A DNA stretch of 64,000 bases. Origin: an uncultured virus (IMG/VR IMGVR_UViG_2724679122_000005). Taxonomy: Duplodnaviria > Heunggongvirae > Uroviricota > Caudoviricetes. How positions within the stretch are numbered: position 1 is the first letter of the stretch; every line of letters starts with the position of its first letter. A model generated the notes under the pieces. That model saw only the letters and a program-made list of their open reading frames with translations. It did not search any database and was not told where the DNA came from. The stretch is from IMG/VR virus record IMGVR_UViG_2724679122_000005; one strand, given 5' to 3'. Position numbers and translations under genes: made by a program. This document shows, in pieces, positions 20,029 through 29,870 of the stretch.

Positions 20029-20782
20029 TTAATGCGAATAAGGATGTTCTTGTCTGTGCTGACTTGGCGGCACGATATCTGTAATAGCGGTAATACTTTC
20101 AACTTCGTCCATTTCAAAGAAAAATCGCTCACCACCATTCACAGAAAGCAAACTTAAAACCCCACCATTGATGCCGACAAATTCTTTAATTGTGCATCTT
20201 CCATCCTTCAAGCACACCTGAACAAACTCATTCGGCACAAGATCTGCATCAGGGTCGCATACAACATACCAGCCATTACGAATTGCTGGAAACATTGAGT
20301 CGCCAGTGCCTTTAATGCCATAGGCTCGTGGACCTGCTGTATGAGTTGGAACATAGCCATCCCCAGCATTTCCATCGTATCCCATATCTGTGAAATACCC
20401 ATCCATTCCCATTTTTGAATAGGCTTTAACTGGAACATATCTTTTTTGTATAGGGAAAGGCTTAGCTGGCGCTTGAACAAACTTAACGGCATCTTCACTA
20501 TCTGGAATATTGTACTTCTGCTTAAATGCTTCAATATCAATAACATTTAATTGAGCTAAATTGTTACTCGATTCTTGTTCATCCGATCCACCATAAAGCA
20601 ACCAATCGTCACTCACACCTAAAAATTTCGCAATGACTTTCAAATTTTCTGCTGTAGGTACGCTAGTTCCATCTAGCCATTTCTTTGCTGCAACAGGAGA
20701 TTTTTTAGTTGCTCTTGCTAAATCAGCGGCTCTTAATTTTTTTTTCTTCAAGTTTTTGCCTAATTCGAGTGTGTAAAGACAT
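20029..20782 (-). CDS. cI: CI-like repressor (HTH + S24), type 3 (5' homopolymer frameshift)
   Basis: ADLARATKKS..KWLDG HTH; GDSMFP; TIKE; likely start MSLHTRI. Confidence 0.9.
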
Positions 20783-20801
20783 AACAAATATTCCAAAAAC
20801 A

Positions 20802-20874
20802 TTAACTAATGTTAATACGATCTATTGAAACTATGGTTAACAAGTGGTAAATTTGGTTTATTAACTATAGTTAA
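20802..20874. promoter_or_regulatory. OR operators, type 3
   Basis: Sites at 20802, 20827, 20861. Confidence 0.75.
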
Positions 20875-20886
20875 CTTGGTGTAACC

Positions 20887-21075
20887 ATGAAAATTAGTGA
20901 CCTCATGACATACCACGGCTGCAAAAATCGGAAAGAGTTGTCTGAAAAAACTGGATATTCAACCGTGACCCTCTGGAAGTGGGAAAACAACGGTATACCA
21001 GCCAGAACTCAAGCAGTCCTGCAAGTCAAAACCAAAGGCAAACTTAAAGCCGATTTACAAGCATTAACCGCTTAG
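20887..21075 (+). CDS. cro: Cro-like protein
   Basis: ELSEKTGYSTVTLWKWENNGIP. Confidence 0.85.
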   Translation: MKISDLMTYHGCKNRKELSEKTGYSTVTLWKWENNGIPARTQAVLQVKTKGKLKADLQALTA

Positions 21076-21085
21076 GAACTAAACC

Positions 21086-21406
21086 ATGAGCAAAGTATTA
21101 AATGAATTGCCTGCAAGCGCTAGCAATAACGAATCGCTCATATTGCAAGCACTTAACGCTAGCAATCAAAGACAAGTAGCAGAGATGATAAATGTCGATG
21201 CAAGCATCCTTTCACGGATGAAAACAGAAAAGAAATCAAATGGATGGACTGAGATTGAGTTTATTAGCTTTTTGTTGACAGCCATTGGTTTGAAGGTTGT
21301 GCAAGAAAGTGATGTGTATTGCTCACCTGAAATTGCAGAAGCAACGCGAGTTTATTTAGCACATGCATTCACTTCACCTGAATACATGCGGATTTTATTC
21401 AAATAA
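21086..21406 (+). CDS. CII-like regulator
   Basis: QRQVAEMINVDASILSRMK; position after cro. Confidence 0.7.
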   Translation: MSKVLNELPASASNNESLILQALNASNQRQVAEMINVDASILSRMKTEKKSNGWTEIEFISFLLTAIGLKVVQESDVYCSPEIAEATRVYLAHAFTSPEYMRILFK

Positions 21407-21461
21407 AAAACCACTACCTGCTGTAACAGGAGTGGTTTCGCATTCACAAATTTAGGAACCC

Positions 21462-21740
21462 ATGAATATGCAAAACAATTTATCAAATCAAACAACCGAA
21501 CGCAACCAGCCAGAATTTTTAGTGGGTGACGTTGTAGTGCTTACTAAAGAGTGCCGTACTTTCAAATCAAATGATTTGTTTGAAGTTAAAAACAAAACTT
21601 TGACTAGGTTGTGGACTATCAAATCGGAGAATCATTTGATTCTGGTTTCATCAAAAGAAATCCGTACAGCAACAGTAGCAGAGCTCAACGCCAAACGCCG
21701 GCTAACAAGCGCAGAGCAAGCATTAGCGGAGGTGTCATGA
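21462..21740 (+). CDS. Phage protein (homolog of 25735-26007)
   Basis: Shared C-terminus. Confidence 0.7.
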   Translation: MNMQNNLSNQTTERNQPEFLVGDVVVLTKECRTFKSNDLFEVKNKTLTRLWTIKSENHLILVSSKEIRTATVAELNAKRRLTSAEQALAEVS

Positions 21741-22036
21741 ATAGTTAATTTAAGTATAAACCTGAGTACAAACAGATTCAGGAAATTCAGTCCTTCTTTG
21801 ATCCAGCGTTAGTGATTCTCAATGAGCTACATGATCGTAACCGTAAAAATCTAAGAGCCAAAGGTTATGACGAAAATAATGCTGCAATAACGCGTGAAGA
21901 ATTTTCACAAACTATGGCACAGCGTTTTCGCACTAATCAGTGGTTAGCAGGGCAGATCGTTAATAGTTTGGCTAATGCTGACTTGGTTCAAAAATTTGGT
22001 GGGTATGTAAAGCCTAAGGTCGGTGTACATGAGTAA
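21737..22036 (+). pseudogene. Homolog of 26004-26300 with TAA at codon 4
   Basis: ATG AAT AGT TAA is in frame with the rest of the ORF. Confidence 0.55.
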
Positions 22037-22438
22037 TTTTGTGCCTAATTCCTTTCAAGTGCCTAATGCATTTGTTGACGAGGTTTTAAATAAAATCTCT
22101 GATGCTGCATGCAAAATTTATTTAGTTATTTGCCGTAAAACTCGTGGCTGGAATAAGGAGATGGATTCCATCTCTTTAACTCAATTTGAAGAGATTACAG
22201 GGAAGAGTAGACCGACAGTTGTTAAATGCCTTAATGAATTAATTAAAGTTGGTTTAGTCGTGGAACAACCAAGCACAATTCATGGAAATACATTCAAATT
22301 AGGTAACGATACTAGCGTTGGTTTAGTGCTTAAATTCCCTAGTAAAAATTTTTTTACTACCTGAAATTTATGGCCAAACTAGTAAAAATTCTTTACCACT
22401 CTATTAAATTTAAACTTAACTATAGAAATTTTACGAAA
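22029..22438 (+). CDS. O-like replication initiator (5' part)
   Basis: FQVPNAFVD, ICRKTRGWNK..DSISLTQF; repeated CTAGTAAAAATT at ~22340 and 22379. Confidence 0.75.
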
Positions 22439-22538
22439 NNNNNNNNNNNNNNNNNNNNNNNNNNNNNNNNNNNNNNNNNNNNNNNNNNNNNNNNNNNNNN
22501 NNNNNNNNNNNNNNNNNNNNNNNNNNNNNNNNNNNNNN

Positions 22539-23257
22539 TTAAGGTTGTTAATGTGATCTTTAGCTTGAGTAATCAGGTCAGCCAAGAAAGTAGGGTGTGC
22601 TTTAAGATCAGGCACCCATACTTCACCGGTTTCACCGCCTAAAGCACCTGAGTTTTTCGCATGATGTGTAGGCGAAGGTTTGAAATTAATAACGCGGGCA
22701 TTTTTACCTTCACCAGTAGTAACAGTTGTTAGATAACCCATGACATCTGCAATACGGTAAAGCTCGTTACGGTTTTTACCACCTAGATCTGGTCGGTAAA
22801 TAATTTGATCACCGTTTTGATCTTCTGATGCGTGTGCAATGAAAACAACATCTTTACCTAAACTGATCAAAGTATTGATGTATTGCTTAAAAGTTTGGTT
22901 CGCTAAACCTTGAGCCTTTAACTTTAAAGAGCCATCTTTTTGACGGTTATTAGCAGTTAGCAATAGATGGGTTTTAATGCATTCAAGCATTGCACCCACG
23001 GTATCAATGACTACGGTTTTATATGGTGCTAAGTCCTGCGGAGTAAGGTTTGCAACATCACTCCATTGTTGAACCTGTACAACCGCACCTCGACGTAATT
23101 CACCAGTACGGTGAGCACCACGGTCAAAGTCAAAAGAAATTGCTTTTTCCGCAGTAAAGCCCATCGATGATTTACCTAAACCCGGATCCGCGTATAGGTA
23201 CACAATAATTGCTTGAACCAATAAAGTTTGGTCAGCAGTAATAATCGGTAGAGCCAT
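22539..23257 (-). CDS. AAA-family ATPase, Sak4-like recombinase (3' end in gap)
   Basis: YADPGLGKS Walker A; VVIDT Walker B; FIAH. Confidence 0.8.
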
Positions 23258-23268
23258 TTTTATTATCC

Positions 23269-23592
23269 TTATCTTGAGCCAGTGAAGCCGCGCTTAGTTT
23301 TATAAGCTTTGCGGTCATAGGTAGGGATGTTTGTTTCACGTAGCTTTATTGCGAGCTGCTTTCTGCGTTGGAAGTCGATTTCTTGTGTGAGTTCATTCCA
23401 AACTTTTGGATAGTCAGTTTGGAACTTTTCAACGTCCAAAGGTGTCTTAACTGAGTCCTTCACCTTGTAAAGAACTGAGCCATTAGCATTAGATGCGTAC
23501 ACTTGCCAGCCAATGCGGACAGAGTAGAGGCCCTTATCATCACGGCCTAAAAATGACTTGTAGCCGTCAGGGTGTTTTTTGAAATTAGTCAT
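23269..23592 (-). CDS. Conserved phage early protein
   Basis: Paralog of 9126-9449. Confidence 0.75.
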   Translation of the reverse strand: MTNFKKHPDGYKSFLGRDDKGLYSVRIGWQVYASNANGSVLYKVKDSVKTPLDVEKFQTDYPKVWNELTQEIDFQRRKQLAIKLRETNIPTYDRKAYKTKRGFTGSR

Positions 23593-24035
23593 CTTTAAGC
23601 TCCAACAACTTGTTACGTTCGATGAAGCCTTTTAGAAGGCCATTGATGTTTCGGATGTCTTCAAATTCGGTGAAATCGTTATATGACTTACCATTAACAT
23701 CAGTAATTTCATTTACTGTGAGTTGAGTAATTTCAACAGCAGTGAATTCAGAACCCGGAACGCCGTAACTGTCTGGATGGGCTTCAAAATCAAAGCTAAC
23801 GTTTAAACGGAAACTATCTAATTTAATTACAGCAACTCCAGAATGCTTACCTGTGATTTTTGCGGTTAACACGCTGTAAGTACTTGGTTGAGTTTTAGGT
23901 GTAAAAAGAGTAGGTGCGTCTTTTGTTTGGAAAGCTGGTTGCAATTGGCAAGCAACTAAAAGAACCACCAGAGATTGCAAGAGCAGCCATGCTGACAAAT
24001 GCAAATGAGTTGAATGAGTTAACTTTTACGTTCAT
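23585..24035 (-). CDS. First pL-operon gene (frameshift)
   Basis: Paralog of 9452-9892. Confidence 0.7.
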
Positions 24036-24113
24036 AAATTGATCTCGCAGTTTGAAAAAGCACATCAGATTTAGCGGTCGGTGTGCTTTTTTTTGTTGTC
24101 TGTGAGATAATGA

Positions 24114-24152
24114 TGAACCAAAAGTTCAGTTATGTAAAGAACCAAAAGTACA
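24114..24152. promoter_or_regulatory. OL operators, type 4 (TGAAC-N5-GTTCA)
   Basis: Sites at 24114, 24138. Confidence 0.7.
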
Positions 24153-24234
24153 TTTTTATAAACTAATAATTCTTTTAAATTATTTTTTACAAAAGAAAAC
24201 CCACCATTAAGGTGGGTTTCGGTTCATTTTAATA

Positions 24235-24989
24235 TTATCTTCTAACTCTTCGGCCTTCTGCTTTCCACCAGTATTGACCGACAATTTGTATATTATCTGC
24301 CTCTATCCGAGCGGGTGAATAGTATTCATCGGGAAAACGTACTTTATCAGGATTCCGTGAAACAGCTTTAAAGCCTCCTTTCCCCATTTCATCCCAATCA
24401 AATAAAATCTTAACTTTTAATTCATCACCTTTTAAAAAGGCATAGATCTCACCGTCATATATCTTCTTTGCTGAGGTGTCGATTGATATTCTTTGACCAG
24501 GATAAAGGTCTGGAACCATACTTTCACCATCAACTATAAATACTTTTGCATATTCAGGTTTTACATCATATTTTCTTAATTCATTTATTGGGAATAACAT
24601 TTTTACTGCACTTGGTTGTTCGATATTCAAATAACCACCTCCAGCACTTGCATAAACATCATCATAAAAATCAATCGCCATATATCCATCTGGGATTGGG
24701 TCTCCATCCTCATAAGTTAGGATTTCTAAATCAGTAATTCTGCCATTTTCTTTTAAAGTCGATCTCTCACTCCCTGTTAAAAGCCATTCAACCCCCTTAC
24801 CAACCATAACGCAATATCAATAAGCTTAGTCATTTCTGGAATAGATTCACCGTTAAGCCATTTACCAGCTGCTTTTGCAGAAACTTCAAATTTAGAAGCA
24901 AGTAAAACTGCTCGACCACGAACAGGAATAGCCATCTCATCAAGAGCTTCGTTTAAGCGCTTTGCAAAATCAATTCTGTGATCAGTCAT
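24235..24989 (-). CDS. cI: CI-like repressor (HTH + S24), type 4 (frameshift near 24805)
   Basis: HTH in 24777-25019; ASAGGG, GESMVP and KVK in 24235-24807. Confidence 0.88.
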
Positions 24990-25003
24990 AAAAATATTAC
25001 CAG

Positions 25004-25105
25004 TGAACCTTAAGTTCATAATAAAAGAGATTGAAAGAATTATCAGTTCTTGTTAAAGTTGAACTATTAGTTCATAAATGGTGGTTTAAATGAACCTTAA
25101 GTCCT
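25004..25105. promoter_or_regulatory. OR operators, type 4
   Basis: Sites at 25004, 25036, 25060, and a degenerate one at 25091. Confidence 0.75.
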
Positions 25106-25305
25106 GTATTGAAGACGCTGGTGGCGTTTATCAGGTTGCTCAGTGGATAGATTTGACACCAAGAGCTCTGTACAAGTGGATTAAAAAAGATGCACTCCCT
25201 CATACAGAATTCTCTGGCACCACTAACTACTGTGAAACCATTGAAAAAAAATCAAACGGCAAAGTTAAAAAAGAGACCCTTTTAAAAGTTGGTCGCCCTA
25301 AATAG
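25090..25305 (+). CDS. cro: Cro-like protein
   Basis: AGGVYQVAQWIDLTPRALYKW. Confidence 0.85.
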   Translation: MNLKSCIEDAGGVYQVAQWIDLTPRALYKWIKKDALPHTEFSGTTNYCETIEKKSNGKVKKETLLKVGRPK

Positions 25306-25315
25306 CGGAGTTTCT

Positions 25316-25672
25316 ATGAGCAGAGTATCAATTGAATTAAGTGCAAGAGCTAGAAATACACATTCGCTCATATTGCAATCTCTTGGAGGTGTGGTAAACG
25401 CGGCACTTGGAGAGGAAATTGGCTTTGATGGCCCGTGGGTGTCTAAGTTTAAAAATGATAAGAAAAACAATGGCTTGACCGATCTTGAAACACTTTGCGT
25501 AATTTTGGACAAACTTGGATTGAAAGTTATTCCGGAAAGCTATGAGTGTTACGACAAAAAATTTGTGGAAGCAATCTTCTTCTTAGCTCGTATGCAGATT
25601 ACTCACTCGGCAGATATTAACGACTACCAGTTTGCGTCTATAGCTCCACGCTTAGCGGAATTCGGGTATTAA
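25316..25672 (+). CDS. CII-like regulator
   Basis: Homolog of 12883-13245 (FKNDKKNNGL). Confidence 0.7.
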   Translation: MSRVSIELSARARNTHSLILQSLGGVVNAALGEEIGFDGPWVSKFKNDKKNNGLTDLETLCVILDKLGLKVIPESYECYDKKFVEAIFFLARMQITHSADINDYQFASIAPRLAEFGY

Positions 25673-25734
25673 AAAACCACTACCTGCTGTAACAGGAGTG
25701 GTTTCGCATTCACAAATTTAGGAACCCATGAAAT

Positions 25735-26007
25735 ATGCAAAACAATTTATCAGAACAACCAATCGAACTCAACTCGCAAGATTTTTTAGTAGGCGATGTG
25801 GTTGTGCTTACACCGCAAGGCTCCAAAGATCACTTGCTTGAAATCATTGACTACAAGTACACGAATGATTTGTTTCGAGTAAAGGTTATCTCCTCTGGTG
25901 CTTGTGGACCAATCCATAAAAGCCAGATTCGCCACGCAACAGTTGCAGAACTTAACGCTAAACGCCGACTAACAAGCGCTGAGCAAGCATTAGCGGAGGT
26001 GTCATGA
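25735..26007 (+). CDS. Phage protein
   Basis: ORF in operon. Confidence 0.7.
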   Translation: MQNNLSEQPIELNSQDFLVGDVVVLTPQGSKDHLLEIIDYKYTNDLFRVKVISSGACGPIHKSQIRHATVAELNAKRRLTSAEQALAEVS

Positions 26008-26300
26008 ACAGCTTTACACAGCAAATCAAAGTTTCTCGTCAGCAAAGTGAAATCCAATCTTTTTATGAACCTGCATTACGAGTACTTGGGCACCTATTTG
26101 AGGTGAAAAAGCAAAATTTACGTAACAAAGGTTATGACGAAAATAATGCAGCGGTAACAAAGATTGAATTTTCAGAGGCTATGGCTCGTCAATTTCGCAT
26201 AACGCAGTGGTTAGCACAGCAGATTGTAACCAGCTTAACCAAGGCGTGTTTGGTTGATTCTTTTGGAGGCTATGTTAAGCCAAAGGGTGGTGAAAAGTGA
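26004..26300 (+). CDS. Phage protein
   Basis: Coupled ORF. Confidence 0.7.
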   Translation: MNSFTQQIKVSRQQSEIQSFYEPALRVLGHLFEVKKQNLRNKGYDENNAAVTKIEFSEAMARQFRITQWLAQQIVTSLTKACLVDSFGGYVKPKGGEK

Positions 26301-26660
26301 GATATGCAGCAAGAAGAAAACAGGATATTTCCGTTTCCACCACACCGCTAGAGGTGGTAATTCCACTGGAGCAACCAGTAAAGATCTATACGGCTAAAGA
26401 ATTAGCAGCCATGCCACTTTCAGTCATGAATGCCGCAATTGAGGCTCAGGAAAGATTTTATCAACTTGAAGAATTAACTCATATGGGGGGGGCAGGCTAT
26501 AGCAGTTCGCCGTCTCATGGAGGATGGGCACAAACTAATTCAGGTGAAAGAAAAGTCTCGTACTCGCTACAAAATCAACAACGAATTTATTCCTCCAAGA
26601 ATTATTCGTCAGTTGGAAATGCGCGGTCTTGTAAAATTAGGAGCAGTCACTGATGTATAA
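26297..26660 (+). CDS. Phage protein (frameshift in G-run near 26490)
   Basis: Coupled ORF. Confidence 0.6.
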
Positions 26661-27582
26661 ATATCTCCACCATATCAGCGACTTTATGGTTGCTACAGCG
26701 CACCTTAGCCCAGTTGAAGAGTGCTTTTATCGCCGTGCTCTCGATTTCTATTATTTGAATGAAAAACCATTACCCAAAGAAACCCAGTCGGTTTTTCGTC
26801 GGTTACGTGCAAATACCCAAGAAGAAAGGGATGCAGTATTAATTGTGCTGCAAGAGTTTTTTGTGGAAGAGGAAGACGGGTTTCACAACAAACGTTGTGA
26901 TTCAGAAATCGCCGCTTATCAAAAAGTAGGGGATAAAAATCGTGAAAATGGTAAGAAAGGTGGGCGTCCACGTAAGGAAAAACCAAAAGAAAACCAAAGT
27001 GAAGGCGACTCGGTTAATTCTGAAAACCCACAAAAACCCAGTGGGTTAATTTTGGGTTCTGAAAGTGAAAGCCAAAAAAACCTTAACCATAAACCGTTAA
27101 CCGATAACCAATATATAGATAGTAGTAGTAATGCGCGTGAAGAAAATTCGCAATTTACACCAATCCAATTTGCTCAGTATCAGATCGATGATCACAAGCG
27201 TTACTCAATGCGTGAATTCATTTCTGAATACAGCGAGTTTCAATACGATTTCATCTCACTTGCTCAACAAAGATTTGTTTCTGTACCTGAAATCGACTTG
27301 AGAACCATGATTCAAAATTTCGGTGACTGGTACTTTGCAAACGAATCTAGTTCATTGAATACACCAAGCATCTGGTTGGTTAAGTGGTTCTCTTGGGTTC
27401 AAAACAACGAGAAACAAGTTGCTGCTAACCGCAAGAAACAAGAGCAAATCAATTCAGCTGGTCAAAAACCACAAGAGTCGGGTTACTTCGCTAATCTTTT
27501 TGAAGAACAGAGCGAATCTCAAATCGTGGATGTAACCCCAGCAAAAAAGTTTCCAATGATTGAGGAGGTAGGTCATGCATGA
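26653..27582 (+). CDS. Replication initiator, YdaU/DUF1376-like
   Basis: YLHHISDF..HLSPVEECFYRRALDFYY; NGKKGGRP; AACC-rich origin-like stretch at ~26980-27110. Confidence 0.85.
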   Translation: MYKYLHHISDFMVATAHLSPVEECFYRRALDFYYLNEKPLPKETQSVFRRLRANTQEERDAVLIVLQEFFVEEEDGFHNKRCDSEIAAYQKVGDKNRENGKKGGRPRKEKPKENQSEGDSVNSENPQKPSGLILGSESESQKNLNHKPLTDNQYIDSSSNAREENSQFTPIQFAQYQIDDHKRYSMREFISEYSEFQYDFISLAQQRFVSVPEIDLRTMIQNFGDWYFANESSSLNTPSIWLVKWFSWVQNNEKQVAANRKKQEQINSAGQKPQESGYFANLFEEQSESQIVDVTPAKKFPMIEEVGHA

Positions 27583-28324
27583 GATTACCTTGAACGAAGT
27601 GCGTCAATTAATCGCATCTCTTCGCACTGTTTACGCTGCTCAGTTCAATAAGCAATTTCCAGCAACAGGCGAAAGCGCAATTCCTCTGTCAGTGGTTGAG
27701 CAAATCGCACTTAAAACACTGGTTGGCGTTCAACAAAACCAATTTAACAACGCACTTGCTCGATTACTTACAGCAGGTGGACGTTTTATGCCGTCATTTG
27801 CTGAGTTTCGCACCTGGTGTATTGGTGAAAGTTGGATGTCTCCAGAGGAAGCTTGGTCACGTGCATGTAAGTTTACGACTGACAGTACCGTGGTTATTAC
27901 ACAAATTACAAAATATGCATTAGACGAAGTGATGTATTTGATCGAAGCCGGCCAAATGCGAGCAGCTCAAGATAATTTCTTCGGAACCTATAACGTGATG
28001 GTGGCTAAAGCTCAATTGAAAGGTCGTCAGCAAGAGTTTTACGCTCCACCGCTACAACTAGAACACAAAGAACCTAAACACGTTCCTGTGAGCAATGACG
28101 AGGCTCAAAAGCATCTCAAATCATTGATGGAAAGATTAAAAATCAATGGTCGTAAACCTGCACCAGTTCAAAAACTTGAGGCAAAAGAAAAAGAGCCTGA
28201 GCTTGCAAAAGAATTAGGTCCAGATCCTTTCGACAATCCGCACGAATACGCTGAGATGTGCCGCCGTGAAGGTATGCCAATACCTAGAAATATTCTTCAG
28301 CTAATTGATGGGGCGAATGCATGA
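27575..28324 (+). CDS. Replication protein, P-like helicase loader
   Basis: Follows initiator; FMPSFAEFRTWC..PEEAW motif. Confidence 0.6.
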   Translation: MHEITLNEVRQLIASLRTVYAAQFNKQFPATGESAIPLSVVEQIALKTLVGVQQNQFNNALARLLTAGGRFMPSFAEFRTWCIGESWMSPEEAWSRACKFTTDSTVVITQITKYALDEVMYLIEAGQMRAAQDNFFGTYNVMVAKAQLKGRQQEFYAPPLQLEHKEPKHVPVSNDEAQKHLKSLMERLKINGRKPAPVQKLEAKEKEPELAKELGPDPFDNPHEYAEMCRREGMPIPRNILQLIDGANA

Positions 28325-28743
28325 AAGCATCTAAATTGATTAGAGATAAAGGACTGCAATACGCGAAGGAAATCGTAGATTCAGCACCCGATAACGCAAC
28401 TGAATGGAACGAGGGTTATGAGTTCCAATGTGGTCAAAGTGTAGAAATCAGCCCAGCAGATCGTGAGAAGTATTTTGTAGATTTGGTTGAGCTTAAACGT
28501 CTGGTGGAGTCTTTGAAAATCATCAGCGATTTAGGTGGAGTTGAGAAGCTAACGCCTGCATTCATTACGACAGATAAGCATGTTGGTTACACGCATGTTC
28601 GCATGGTGGGAAATGGGAGATTGAGCTTTCTTGATGATTTTTGCGACTTCATTCCAGATGGTTCCATTTCAATTAAGCGTGTGATGACTGCTATCCGCGA
28701 CCACGAATCAATATACGGAGGCGGTGAATCTCATGCCAACTAG
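28321..28743 (+). CDS. Phage nin-region protein
   Basis: Homolog of 16137-16469. Confidence 0.7.
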   Translation: MKASKLIRDKGLQYAKEIVDSAPDNATEWNEGYEFQCGQSVEISPADREKYFVDLVELKRLVESLKIISDLGGVEKLTPAFITTDKHVGYTHVRMVGNGRLSFLDDFCDFIPDGSISIKRVMTAIRDHESIYGGGESHAN

Positions 28744-28921
28744 ATATAACACAGGCGNNNNNNNNNNNNNNNNNNNNNNNNNNNNNNNNNNNNNNNNNNN
28801 NNNNNNNNNNNNNNNNNNNNNNNNNNNNNNNNNNNNNNNNNNNNNNNNNNNNNNNNNTCAGCACAGAGCAAGTGAAAGCAGGCGTGGCGATTAAACAAAT
28901 TGAGCAATTGGTAGGTGAAAA

Positions 28922-29398
28922 ATGAGTGCAGTTTTAAAAACACAACAAATGGATTGGTCTAAATATACTATTGACGGTTGGTTAGAGCAGTTTGGCGCAT
29001 GGTGTGAAACAGTTAGAATGAAAGGGGGTGATTTGCCAGATGGGCTTCATATCAATCAAATTTACTGGTTGATGCGTGAAGCTGGCAAAGAAGTACAAAA
29101 AAGTAAATCTTATATTCGATGTGAGATCAGTGATTATGAGGCGGATCAAATTCAAGCACTTTTACGAAGTCTATTAAATTCTGATAAAACAGATTTTACA
29201 ACTAAGTTTGCATTAATTTGTTTAATTAAAAATAAGGTTGAAAATAAAGGATTGTTGAAGGTTGCTCAAGAAACAAACCAATCTAAAGCTCAGGTCGCAA
29301 TTATGGTGAGTTGCGCTAGATTTTATTTATTAGGTCATGATAAAAGATTAAGACAAAATGGAGGTTCAAATGAAAACATACACTGTAAAACTATATGA
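28922..29398 (+). CDS. Late antiterminator, Q-like
   Basis: WLEQFGAW motif; position before late promoter. Confidence 0.65.
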   Translation: MSAVLKTQQMDWSKYTIDGWLEQFGAWCETVRMKGGDLPDGLHINQIYWLMREAGKEVQKSKSYIRCEISDYEADQIQALLRSLLNSDKTDFTTKFALICLIKNKVENKGLLKVAQETNQSKAQVAIMVSCARFYLLGHDKRLRQNGGSNENIHCKTI

Positions 29399-29624
29399 AG
29401 GCGTTAGTCGGGAGAAAGTTAATGAAACTTTGAAATACTACCCTGATTATTTTGGTAAAATATCAATAATTACAAATGTAATTAATAATAAATTGCAATT
29501 AACACTAAAAGCATTTGAAGGAATCGACGTTATAACTGCCAATGATCTAATGATTAAAATCGTTGAACGTTTAAAAGCTTCTCAATTAGTAGAAAAGCAT
29601 AATTTAGACTTGTTGACTGTCTAG
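29370..29624 (+). CDS. Phage hypothetical protein
   Basis: GGAGG RBS; 84 aa. Confidence 0.65.
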   Translation: MKTYTVKLYEGVSREKVNETLKYYPDYFGKISIITNVINNKLQLTLKAFEGIDVITANDLMIKIVERLKASQLVEKHNLDLLTV

Positions 29625-29712
29625 ACGCTTTATGGCATATTTTTGATATAGTGGACAAAGTTATAAGCGTTGCACCAATTTGTTTTAAAAGCTCACTTAA
29701 TCGTGGGCTTTT
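29613..29712 (+). promoter_or_regulatory. Putative late promoter pR' and terminator tR'
   Basis: TTGACT-17 bp-CATATT, then AAAGCTCAC..GTGGGCTTTT hairpin at 29688-29712. Confidence 0.55.
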
Positions 29713-29870
29713 AATTAGGATTTGAAAAAACATGAAATTTATCGTATATTAAACTTACTATATGATGTCTATTTCCATTATAGTGTTTTTCAGTTGAAAA
29801 GCTTAGTCCGTACTTTCCCCAAGGTACGGATTTTTTTTTATTTTTTGCTATATAGTCCAGGCTGGTAAAA

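Larger units (their letters stand above)
16585..22438. mobile_element. Prophage fragment D (immunity type 3, second rex-position cassette)
   Basis: Gene content. Confidence 0.9.
22539..28757. mobile_element. Prophage fragment E (recombination, immunity type 4, initiator + P-like replication)
   Basis: Gene content. Confidence 0.9.
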
